A DNA stretch of 36,651 nt from Anaerolineae bacterium (GTDB lineage Bacteria; Chloroflexota; Anaerolineae; DRVO01), in assembly GCA_028275325.1 (NCBI GenBank), contig JAPWUW010000002.1:1-36651 (forward strand), in the 5' to 3' direction. The position numbers and the translations under genes are program-made. This document shows positions 25,720 to 34,142 of this stretch, piece by piece (the stretch's first letter is position 1; every line of letters starts with the position of its first letter). Below the pieces are notes generated by a model. It did not search any database. It saw only the letters and a program-made list of their open reading frames with translations, and had not been told where the DNA came from.

Positions 25720-26778
25720 ATGACAGTGAAGTGGGGGGTGATCGGGGCTGGTGGCATTGCCGACCGGCGCACCATTCCGGAGATGCTCAGGGTGGCGGAC
25801 AATGCCGAGCTTGTGGCGGTGATGGACGTGAACCCGGAGGCCACGCAGCGCGTGGCGCGCAAGTACGGCGTGCCGAGGGCGTACGGCACCGAAGAGGGGC
25901 TGCTGCGCGACCCGGAAGTGCAAGCTGTCTACATCGCCACGCCGCAGAACGTGCACCACAGGCAAGTCCTGCTTGCCGCGAGGTACGGCAAGCACATCCT
26001 GTGCGAAAAGCCCATGGCCACAAGCCTCCAGGACGCCGCTGAGATGATCGAGGCTTGCCAGAAGGCGGGGGTCAAGCTCGGCTTCGACTACATGATGCGC
26101 TTCAATGTCCACAACCAGAAGGTGAGGGAGTTGGTTCAGGGCGGCGCTCTGGGAAGGCCAGTCATGGGGCGGGCGCAGCTTACCTGCTGGTACCCGCCAA
26201 TTCCTGGTGCCTGGCGGCAGAAGCGGGAGATAGCCTTCGGCGGAGCGCTCATCGACATGGGAAGCCACTGCCTGGACCTTTTGGAGTGGATCTTCGGCAG
26301 CCGGATCGTGGAGGTCTTCGCCTTCCACGATAGCCTCGTGCAGAGCTACGACGTGGAGGACACCTCCACCGCCATCCTGCGCTTCGAAAATGGCGCCCAT
26401 GGCATTGTCGACAACTATTTCAACGTGCCCGATGCCGCAGCCAAGAACTTCCTTGAGGTGTACGGCAGCCTCGGCACCATCTTCGCAAGCGGCACGATAG
26501 GCCAGGACCCGACGGGGAGCGTCACCACTTACCTCGCGCCGCCTGGGCTTGCCTACTCCGCCGACCAGGTCCGAAACGTCAGCGCGGACGTGAGGATGGA
26601 GAAGTACGAGCTTGAGGGCGTGCCCATGTACGGCACGATGGTGAAGCTTTTCAGCGAGGCGGTTGAGAAAGGCGGGGAGCCGCCTGTCCCGGCGGAGGTG
26701 GGCTACCACAACCTGGAAGTCATCATGGCCCTTTACGAATCAGCACGGGGCGGCCGCCCTGTGCGCATCGCCTATTGA
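25720..26778 (+). CDS. Gfo/Idh/MocA-family NAD(P)-dependent oxidoreductase
   Basis: The Rossmann start is KWGVIGAGGIADRR, with the family EKP motif HILCEKPMA and a typical C-terminal alpha/beta domain. Confidence 0.85.
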   Translation: MTVKWGVIGAGGIADRRTIPEMLRVADNAELVAVMDVNPEATQRVARKYGVPRAYGTEEGLLRDPEVQAVYIATPQNVHHRQVLLAARYGKHILCEKPMATSLQDAAEMIEACQKAGVKLGFDYMMRFNVHNQKVRELVQGGALGRPVMGRAQLTCWYPPIPGAWRQKREIAFGGALIDMGSHCLDLLEWIFGSRIVEVFAFHDSLVQSYDVEDTSTAILRFENGAHGIVDNYFNVPDAAAKNFLEVYGSLGTIFASGTIGQDPTGSVTTYLAPPGLAYSADQVRNVSADVRMEKYELEGVPMYGTMVKLFSEAVEKGGEPPVPAEVGYHNLEVIMALYESARGGRPVRIAY

Positions 26779-26805
26779 GCGCAGGCAACGGGAGGAGCTT
26801 ACGGA

Positions 26806-28098
26806 ATGAGCGAGCTGGCAATAAACGGCGGGAGCCCGGTGCGCACGAAGCCATGGCCAGCCTGGCCAGTGCACGATGAGCGCGAGGTGCAGGCCGTCAC
26901 GGAGGTGGTGCGCAGCGGCAAGTGGTGGCGCTTCGCCTATGCCACCGGGGTGGAGCTGAACGAGGACCTGCAGGCGCAGGAGCTTTCCAAGGTGGTCGAG
27001 TTCAGCCTGAAGTTCGCCAGGCACCACCAGGCGCGCTTCGGCATCGCCATGGCCAACGGCACTGGGACGCTTGAGGTGGCCCTGCGGGCCCTGGGGATTG
27101 GCCCTGGGGACGAGGTGATAGTGCCCGCCTACACGTACGTGGCCAGCGCCACCTCCGTGCTGCAGGTGAATGCCATCCCCATCTTTGTGGACGTGCAGGC
27201 GGACACTTACAACCTGGATCCGGCCCGCATCGAGGAGGCCATCACCGAGCGGACGCGGGCCATCATGCCCGTGCACTTTGGCGGCCAGCCGGCAGACATG
27301 GATGGCATCCTTGCCATAGCCAAGAAGCATGGGCTCGCCGTGGTGGAAGATGCAGCGCACGCCCATGGCTCGGAGTGGCGCGGTTGCAAGGTGGGTGCGC
27401 TCGGCGATGTCGGCTCCTTCAGCTTCCAGGCTTCCAAGAACATGACGGCGGGCGAGGGCGGCATTGTCCTCACCAACGACCAGGATCTGGCCGAGAAGTG
27501 CGATTCGCTCCTGTGGGCGGGGCGCAAGAAGGGCAGGCCCTGGTACGAGTTCCACCAGCTGGGGTGGAACTACCGGATGACGGAGTTTCAGGCGGCGATA
27601 CTGCTCGTACAGCTGGAAAGGCTTGAGGAGCAGAACGACAGGCGCATGGCCAATGCCCGCTACTTGAGCGCGCGCCTGGCCGAGGTGGAGGGCCTGGAGC
27701 CGCTGCGCTGGGATGAGCGCGCGACCAAGCACAGCTTTCACATCTACATAATGCGCTACCAGCCCGAGGCTTTTGGCGGCCTGCCGCGCAGTCGCTTCGT
27801 GGAGGCGCTTGTGGCCGAAGGGATCCCGGCGTTCACAGGCTACACTTTTCCGGTTTACGCCAACCCGATGTTCGTCAACAAGAACTTCCATGGCAAGGGC
27901 TGCCCGCTCGCCTGCGGGCATTACGGCCGCGATGTCGACTATGCGGCTTTTGCCCGGAGCTGCCCGGTGGCGGAACGGGCCTGCTATCAGGAAGCGATCT
28001 GGCTGGAACAGCGGCTCTTTCTGGCTGAGCGGGAAGACATGGACGACATTGTCGAAGCCATCCTGAAGGTGAAGGCGGGGGTGAAGGAGCTGGCCTAG
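26806..28098 (+). CDS. DegT/DnrJ/EryC1/StrS-family aminotransferase (copy 4, PWPAWP subtype)
   Basis: GGSPVRTKPWPAWPVHDEREV closely parallels copy 2. Other motifs are GDEVIVPAYTYVASA, DAAHAHGS and FSFQASKNMTAGEGGIVLT. It carries an extra ~35-aa insert after the N-terminal block relative to copy 2. Confidence 0.85.
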   Translation: MSELAINGGSPVRTKPWPAWPVHDEREVQAVTEVVRSGKWWRFAYATGVELNEDLQAQELSKVVEFSLKFARHHQARFGIAMANGTGTLEVALRALGIGPGDEVIVPAYTYVASATSVLQVNAIPIFVDVQADTYNLDPARIEEAITERTRAIMPVHFGGQPADMDGILAIAKKHGLAVVEDAAHAHGSEWRGCKVGALGDVGSFSFQASKNMTAGEGGIVLTNDQDLAEKCDSLLWAGRKKGRPWYEFHQLGWNYRMTEFQAAILLVQLERLEEQNDRRMANARYLSARLAEVEGLEPLRWDERATKHSFHIYIMRYQPEAFGGLPRSRFVEALVAEGIPAFTGYTFPVYANPMFVNKNFHGKGCPLACGHYGRDVDYAAFARSCPVAERACYQEAIWLEQRLFLAEREDMDDIVEAILKVKAGVKELA

Positions 28099-28255
28099 GA
28101 GGCGCGGAAAGGAGGTGATGCAAGGGGTTGCGCTCAGGGGAGCTGGCTGGGAATCCCCCGTTCGATCTGCGAGAGAACAGCAGGGCTTGCTTGTTGCGCC
28201 GGTTGCGCCATGAGGGAGGATGGGTAGCGCCCAAGGGGCGCAGGGGGAGGCAAAG

Positions 28256-29671
28256 ATGAGCTGCAGGAGAGGGTATCTTTCGCGACGCGGCCTGCTCAAG
28301 GCAGGCGTTGGGCTTTTGGCTTCGGCCGCCGTGGGGGCGTGTGCGGCAACGCCCACGCCGCAGGTGATCGAGAAAGAGGTCACTGTGGTGGTCGCTGGCA
28401 CGCCGCAGGTGGTCGAGAAAACGGTCGTCGTGGAGGTGGAGAAGCCCGCAGGCCCGGTGGAGATCCGCATTGCCTGCTACACCATGGGCGAATCCTGGAT
28501 GAAGAATGCGGAGGAGTGCTTCGCCGACTTCATGTCCAAGAACCCCAACATCAAGGTGAAGGCGGAGTGGCGCCCCGGCGCCGAGTACTGGACGAAGCTG
28601 CAGACGGAGTTTGCTGCCGGCGTGGCTCCGGACATCACCGTGAACCAGATGGACTGGGTCATCCCGGGTGCCGCGCGTGGCATGTTCCTGGACCTCAAGC
28701 CCTACATCGAGCGCGACGGCTTCGACATGAGCCAGTACTTCTACAACATGAGCCTGGAGTGGGAGTGGCAGGGAGGGCTTTACGGCGGCTTGCTCTACGC
28801 GGGCGGGCAGACGCTCATGATCAACAAGGACCTCCTGGCGAAAGCGGGGCTTGAGTTCCCCACTGAGGACTGGACGTGGGACGACCTGCTGGCCTACGCC
28901 AAGGCGATGACCAACCCCGATGAGAACCAGTGGGGCCTGATGGGCGCAAACTCCAACCCACCTTACTGGCTGTGTTCCTTCATCCACGGCGCGGGCGGCA
29001 GTGTTCTCAACGACGCGTACAACAAGTGCACGCTCACAGAGCCGGCGGCGGTGGAGGCTGTGCAGTGGGTTGCTGACCTCATGTTCAAGCATAAGGTGCA
29101 CCCTTCGGCGGTGACGGAGTTCGGCGGGGAGGACCCGTTCCTCACCGGCAAGGTGGGCATGGCCTTTCGGGGTACCTGGTACGAGAGCCAGGTGCGCGAT
29201 GCCGGGCTCTTCGACTGGGATTTCGCCCCAATGCCGAAGCACCCAGTGACGGGCAAGAAGAGCGTGCAGATGGGGTCGAACACCTGGTCCATCATCAGCA
29301 ACACCCAGCACCGGGAAGAGGCCTGGCAGCTTGTGAAGTTCCTCATGGGGCCGGAGGGGCAGACCTGGTTCATGAAGTACGGCATCCCCGGCATCAGGAG
29401 CGTGGTCGAGAGCGAGGCGTTCAAGAAGCTGCATGAGCCGCAGAACATCCTCGTCGTGGTGAACGACTTCGCCTGCTGCGGCCACGACTACTACCCCACC
29501 GCCGATTGCGGCGAGTGGTGGAACGTCTGCAACCAGGAGATGTCGCCAATCTGGTCCGGGGAGCTCAGCGTGCCAGAGGCTCTGGCCAACGCCTGCGCCG
29601 CCATGGACGAGGTATTCTCCCGTCGTCCTCCGTACTACGAGAAGGTGCGCCAGCCACTTACTACAGGCTGA
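28256..29671 (+). CDS. ABC transporter extracellular solute-binding lipoprotein (second system), Tat signal
   Basis: ATG at 28256 follows GGGGGAGG. It has the Tat motif SRRGLLK and the lipobox VGAC, then a duplicated V/E/K linker, then the SBP body (PDITVNQMDW, GGQTLMINKDLL, PMPKHP). Confidence 0.85.
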   Translation: MSCRRGYLSRRGLLKAGVGLLASAAVGACAATPTPQVIEKEVTVVVAGTPQVVEKTVVVEVEKPAGPVEIRIACYTMGESWMKNAEECFADFMSKNPNIKVKAEWRPGAEYWTKLQTEFAAGVAPDITVNQMDWVIPGAARGMFLDLKPYIERDGFDMSQYFYNMSLEWEWQGGLYGGLLYAGGQTLMINKDLLAKAGLEFPTEDWTWDDLLAYAKAMTNPDENQWGLMGANSNPPYWLCSFIHGAGGSVLNDAYNKCTLTEPAAVEAVQWVADLMFKHKVHPSAVTEFGGEDPFLTGKVGMAFRGTWYESQVRDAGLFDWDFAPMPKHPVTGKKSVQMGSNTWSIISNTQHREEAWQLVKFLMGPEGQTWFMKYGIPGIRSVVESEAFKKLHEPQNILVVVNDFACCGHDYYPTADCGEWWNVCNQEMSPIWSGELSVPEALANACAAMDEVFSRRPPYYEKVRQPLTTG

Positions 29672-29683
29672 GAGCAAGAAAGC

Positions 29684-29721
29684 GTGCAGTGCGGGGGCGC
29701 GTCTTTATCCCCGCACTGCAC
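29684..29721 (+). promoter_or_regulatory. intercistronic stem-loop after the SBP gene (GTGCAGTGCGGGG ... CCCCGCACTGCAC)
   Basis: Read directly: a 13-bp perfect stem (29684-29696 / 29709-29721) with a 12-nt loop and no U-tract. It lies between the SBP stop and the permease start at 29737. Confidence 0.6.
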
Positions 29722-29736
29722 GCACCAGGGGGGAAG

Positions 29737-30675
29737 ATGCAACTTGCAGCTGCAGGTTCGGCCAGAAGGCGCAGGATGTCTCCCACTGAGAGGCGCGAGG
29801 CAATAGAGGGCTACATCGCCATCTCACCCTGGATCCTGGGCTTCTTCATCTGGACGCTTGGGCCAATCCTGGCCTCGCTTTACTTCAGCCTGACGGATTT
29901 CGAGGTGGTGAAGCCGCCCGTGTTCATCGGGCTGGGGAATTTCCGGCGCATGTTCTTCGGGGATCGGCTTTTCTGGCAGTCGCTGAAGGTCACGGCCACC
30001 TATGTCTTTGTCTCGGTGCCTTTGGGGATAACCCTGGCCTTCGCGGTCGCCCTGCTCATGAACCAGAAGGTCAAGTTCCTGGGCTTTTTCCGCACCGCTT
30101 ACTACATGCCCAACCTGGTCCCCGCAGTGGGCTCGGCCATCCTGTGGATCTGGATCTTCAACCCCGAGTTCGGGCTTCTCAACAACTTCCTGGCCAACTT
30201 CGGCATCAAGGGCCCCATGTGGCTTGCGCACAGCAAGTGGGCCCTGCCGGCGCTCATCATCATGAGCCTTTGGGGCGTCGGCGGGGGCATGCTCATCTAC
30301 CTTGCTGGCCTTCAGGGCATTCCAACCGACCTGTACGAGGCGGCAGAGGTGGATGGGGCCGGGGTGGCGGCCCGCTTTTGGCACGTGACCGTCCCGCAGA
30401 TGACGCCGGTGCTCTTTTTCAACCTGGTCATGGGGATCATCGGCAGCTTCCAGGTCTTCACGGCCGGCTACATCATGACCGGCGGCGGGCCCCGCTACGC
30501 CACCTATTTCTACGTGCTGCATCTTTATTACAACGCCTTCCACTATTTCCGCATGGGCCATGCGTCTGCGCTAGCCTGGGTCTTGGGCATCATCATATTG
30601 TTCTTCACGCTGCTTGTATTCCGCTCCTCGGCTGCCTGGGTGTACTACGAGGGCGAGTTGCGCGGCAGGAGATGA
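29737..30675 (+). CDS. ABC sugar transporter permease (MalF/UgpA-like)
   Basis: I trimmed the ORF to the ATG at 29737. It has a multi-TM profile and the EAA loop YEAAEVDGAGVAARFWHVTVPQM. Confidence 0.85.
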   Translation: MQLAAAGSARRRRMSPTERREAIEGYIAISPWILGFFIWTLGPILASLYFSLTDFEVVKPPVFIGLGNFRRMFFGDRLFWQSLKVTATYVFVSVPLGITLAFAVALLMNQKVKFLGFFRTAYYMPNLVPAVGSAILWIWIFNPEFGLLNNFLANFGIKGPMWLAHSKWALPALIIMSLWGVGGGMLIYLAGLQGIPTDLYEAAEVDGAGVAARFWHVTVPQMTPVLFFNLVMGIIGSFQVFTAGYIMTGGGPRYATYFYVLHLYYNAFHYFRMGHASALAWVLGIIILFFTLLVFRSSAAWVYYEGELRGRR

Positions 30676-31580
30676 GGATGGGCCAGGGGGCAGTAGCAGT
30701 GGGCAAGGTCGCTGTGCGGCGGGGCACGGTGCCATTCCTGGCACGGCGCTCTGTGCGCAATGTCCTTTTCAAACTGGTCATCTACCCGGTGCTCATCGCG
30801 GGGTCGATTGTCATGCTGATGCCGCTGGCGTGGCTTGTCTCAAGCTCGCTCAAGCCCTCGGGGCTGATTTTCGTGGTGCCGCCGCAGTGGATCCCGAAGC
30901 CCATTGCCTGGGAGAACTACAGGAAGGTGTGGGAGCTCATCCCGTTTGCCCTTTACACGAGGAACACGCTCATCATCACCATTGGTTCGATCATTGGCGG
31001 CGTATCCTCAGCCACGCTGGTAGCGTTTGGCTTTGCCCGCTTGCGCTTCCCGGGCAGGGACGTGCTCTTCCTTGTGCTGCTCAGCACGATCATGATCCCG
31101 GAGCAGGTGACGCTTATCCCCACCTATGTGCTCTTTCGCCTCATCGGTTGGCTCGACACTTTTTACCCTCTCATTGTGCCGACCTTTTTCGGCGGCGGGG
31201 CTTTCAGCATCTTTCTCGTGCGGCAATTCTTCATGAGGCTCCCGCTTGAGCTGGACGATGCCGCGCGCATCGATGGCTGCGGTTCGTTCGGCATCTTCTT
31301 CCGCATCCTCCTGCCACAGGCGCGGCCGGTGCTGGGAGTGCTGGCCATATTCAGCTTCATGGGCAACTGGAACGGCTTCTTCCTGCCGCTCATTTACCTC
31401 AACTCGCCGGAGAAGTACACGCTATCCATTGGCATAAACCTCTTCCGGGGAACGCAGTTTGCGGCCTGGAACCTGCTCATGGCCGCTTCGCTGATGATGG
31501 CTTTGCCCTGCATCGTGCTTTACTTCGTGGCGCAGCGCTACTTCATCCAGGGCATCGTCTTCACCGGCATCAAGGGGTGA
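30672..31580 (+). CDS. ABC sugar transporter permease (MalG/UgpE-like)
   Basis: I trimmed the ORF to the ATG at 30672, which overlaps the upstream stop (ATGA). The EAA loop is LDDAARIDGCGSFGIFFRILLPQARP. Confidence 0.85.
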   Translation: MRMGQGAVAVGKVAVRRGTVPFLARRSVRNVLFKLVIYPVLIAGSIVMLMPLAWLVSSSLKPSGLIFVVPPQWIPKPIAWENYRKVWELIPFALYTRNTLIITIGSIIGGVSSATLVAFGFARLRFPGRDVLFLVLLSTIMIPEQVTLIPTYVLFRLIGWLDTFYPLIVPTFFGGGAFSIFLVRQFFMRLPLELDDAARIDGCGSFGIFFRILLPQARPVLGVLAIFSFMGNWNGFFLPLIYLNSPEKYTLSIGINLFRGTQFAAWNLLMAASLMMALPCIVLYFVAQRYFIQGIVFTGIKG

Positions 31581-31704
31581 GCTAGCCCGGCATCCCTTTC
31601 TCACCTAACCTCCCGTCCCTAGGGAGGGAAGGCAGAGAAGCAGCCGGGGAGGGGTTGGCAGGGGAGGGCCGGGACATTATATGTTGGCGGGAGGAGCGGG
31701 GGAT

Positions 31705-32889
31705 ATGAAAGAGATCCGAGTTGCGTTGGTTGGCCTGGGGGGCCGCGGCGTCTACGGCTGGCTGCCGATCCTGCAATCCCTGCGCGGCTACCGCGTGGTG
31801 GCAATATGCGACCGCATCGAGGCTCTGCACGAGCGGGCGCTCTTGCGCCTGCGCGACCCTAGGGAAGTGCGTGCCTACGTGCGCTATGAGGATGTCCTGG
31901 CCGACCCCGACGTGGATGCGGTGGCCCTCACGGTGCGCTGCCGCGAGCAGGGGGCGATGGCGGCCCAGGCGCTGGAGGCAGGCAAGCACGTGCACTGTGA
32001 GGTCCCAGCGGCGCACAGCATCGAGGATTGCTGGCGGATAGTGCTGGCGCAGGAGCGCAGCGGCAAGGTCTATCAGCTTGCGGAGCAGACGCGCTACTGG
32101 GGGTTTGTGGAGGCCTGGCGCAAGCTCGTGGCCGAGGGGAGGCTCGGGCACATAACTTTCTGCGAGGGGCAGTACTTCCACTATTACGTCGGCCAGAACT
32201 TCCAGGATCCGCGGACAGGGCGCTTCTTTCATCCCGGGGAGCTGGCAGCGCACCCCGAGGCGCAGCCAACCTGGCTGAACGAGATGCCCCCAATCCACTA
32301 CCTCCCGCATGAGCTCAGCCCTCTTCTCAAGATCCTGGATGACCGCGTGGTGCAGGTGGTGGCCATGAGCACTCGTGCTCCAAGCTATGCCCATCCTGAG
32401 CTCAATGTCCCGGATATGCAGGTCGCGCTGATGAAGACGGAAAAGGACGCTATCTTGCGCCTGGCTGTCTCCTTCGCGCAGCCGCATCCGGAGGCCAACT
32501 ACCACTGGTACCACGTCATGGGCACCAAAGGTGCCCTGGAGTGGAAGCGCGCCGAGCGGGATCTGCCGCGCATGTGGCTTGCAGACCACGAGATGCACGA
32601 CATGGCTGAGGTGGATTGGCGCTACGAGCGCGCCGACGCGCCTGCCGAAGCGCGCGGCACAGGCCATGGGGATGCCGACTACTACGTACACGCAGCATTC
32701 CGGGATGCGGTGCTGTACGGCAAGCCACTGGAGTTCGATGTCTACCGGGCGATGGACACGGCCGCGCCAGCGATCCTGGCTGCCGAGTCGATCGCCAGGG
32801 GGTCTGCCCCACTTGCCGTCCCGGATTTTCGCCCGAGCGCGGCGCGGCCCAAGGGGCAGGCGCCAGCACCCGCAGGCAGGGGAGAGTAG
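31705..32889 (+). CDS. Gfo/Idh/MocA-family oxidoreductase (divergent, CEVP variant of the EKP motif)
   Basis: ATG at 31705 follows GGAGGAG. The Rossmann start is IRVALVGLGGRG, the motif is KHVHCEVPAA, the C-terminal domain is long, and the tail is Pro/Ala-rich. Confidence 0.75.
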   Translation: MKEIRVALVGLGGRGVYGWLPILQSLRGYRVVAICDRIEALHERALLRLRDPREVRAYVRYEDVLADPDVDAVALTVRCREQGAMAAQALEAGKHVHCEVPAAHSIEDCWRIVLAQERSGKVYQLAEQTRYWGFVEAWRKLVAEGRLGHITFCEGQYFHYYVGQNFQDPRTGRFFHPGELAAHPEAQPTWLNEMPPIHYLPHELSPLLKILDDRVVQVVAMSTRAPSYAHPELNVPDMQVALMKTEKDAILRLAVSFAQPHPEANYHWYHVMGTKGALEWKRAERDLPRMWLADHEMHDMAEVDWRYERADAPAEARGTGHGDADYYVHAAFRDAVLYGKPLEFDVYRAMDTAAPAILAAESIARGSAPLAVPDFRPSAARPKGQAPAPAGRGE

Positions 32890-32894
32890 TGAGA

Positions 32895-34064
32895 ATGTCC
32901 ACGCGCATTTACAACGAGCTCGACCTGGCTTACGTCAAGCGCGTGCTGGATGCTGGCCAGGATGGCCGCGGAGAGGCAATCGTCGAAGAGCTGGAAGAGA
33001 GGTTTGCCGCAAAGGTTGGCGCCCGCTACGCCATTGCCGTAAACGCCGGCATGAGCGGGCTGCACATCGCCCTTGCCGCTGCTGGGGTCGGGCCGGGCGT
33101 GGAGGCAGTGGTCGACCCGATAGTGCAATTTGGCGGCCTTGCCGTGATGTACAACAACGGTGTCCCGATCTTTGCTGATGTCGACCCTGCGACCCACAAC
33201 ATGAGCCCGGCCTCCCTGGAGGAGCGCATATGCGAGCGGACCAAGGCAGTCGTCGTCACCCACCTGTGGGGGCTGCCGGCCGAGATGCAGGATATCCGCG
33301 CCATTGCCGATCGCCACGGGCTTGTGGTGGTGGAGGATTGTGCTCACGCGCTCTTTGCCGAGCACCGCGGACGGAAGGTGGGCACGTGGGGGCATATCGG
33401 CATGTTCAGCTTTCAGGCGGCAAAGCACCTCAGCACCGGGCAGGGCGGTATCGTCGTCACGGACGATGAGGCCCTGGCGAAAGAGATGCGCGCCGTGGCG
33501 GCCTTTGGTGCCGCTCCGGATCGGCTGGCGTGGGTTTTCCGCATGGCGGGGGTGGTGGCCGCCGTGGCGCTGGCCCAGCTTGAACGGGCCGAGGGCTACG
33601 TCGCCGAGGATCGGGAGAATGCCAAGCTCTACCAGGAAGCGGTGGCGGGCTGTCCCTGGCTTGTGCCGCAGGCAGAGCCGCCGTACAGCACCCACTCACA
33701 CCACTGCTGGGCTGCCGCCTTCTATGGCGAGAGCTATGGCGTCGACTACGAGGCCTTCAAGCGTGCCTGCCGGGAGGAAGGGGCGCAGGTATCGTTTGGC
33801 TACACACAGCGCAGCTGGAAGGAGGCACAGATTGTGGCGGCCTACGAGTTCCCCGTGTTTGCCGAACCAGTGGCCTATGGGAAGGGCTGCCCAACGCGTT
33901 GCCCTCTTTACGGCAGGGAGCTCCCCTACCGCAAGGGCTACTGCCCCAATGCCGAAGCGCTCATACCACGCCTGTGCGTGACGGCCCTAAGCACGCGCCG
34001 GCGCGATGAGGTTGCTTCTGGTGCTCTGGGGCTGTTGCGCGCCATCAAGAGGATGGGCTGGTGA
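32895..34064 (+). CDS. DegT/DnrJ/EryC1/StrS-family aminotransferase (copy 5)
   Basis: I trimmed the ORF to the ATG at 32895. Motifs are AVNAGMSGLHIALAAAG, DCAHALFA and the PLP-lysine block FSFQAAKHLSTGQGGIVVT. Confidence 0.8.
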   Translation: MSTRIYNELDLAYVKRVLDAGQDGRGEAIVEELEERFAAKVGARYAIAVNAGMSGLHIALAAAGVGPGVEAVVDPIVQFGGLAVMYNNGVPIFADVDPATHNMSPASLEERICERTKAVVVTHLWGLPAEMQDIRAIADRHGLVVVEDCAHALFAEHRGRKVGTWGHIGMFSFQAAKHLSTGQGGIVVTDDEALAKEMRAVAAFGAAPDRLAWVFRMAGVVAAVALAQLERAEGYVAEDRENAKLYQEAVAGCPWLVPQAEPPYSTHSHHCWAAAFYGESYGVDYEAFKRACREEGAQVSFGYTQRSWKEAQIVAAYEFPVFAEPVAYGKGCPTRCPLYGRELPYRKGYCPNAEALIPRLCVTALSTRRRDEVASGALGLLRAIKRMGW

Positions 34065-34080
34065 GGAGAGCGCTTGCGGG

Positions 34081-34110
34081 GTGCCATGGCCCGATGGCAA
34101 GGGCTTTTAT
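34081..34110 (+). terminator. weak terminator/attenuator-like hairpin (TGCCAT ggcccg ATGGCA) followed by TTTTATT
   Basis: Read directly. The stem is short (6 bp) and 5 nt separate it from the T-run. It lies between DegT copy 5 and the 579-aa gene. Confidence 0.3.
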
Positions 34111-34142
34111 TGTGCGCCCCGTTAGCAAGGAGGCTGTGAGTC

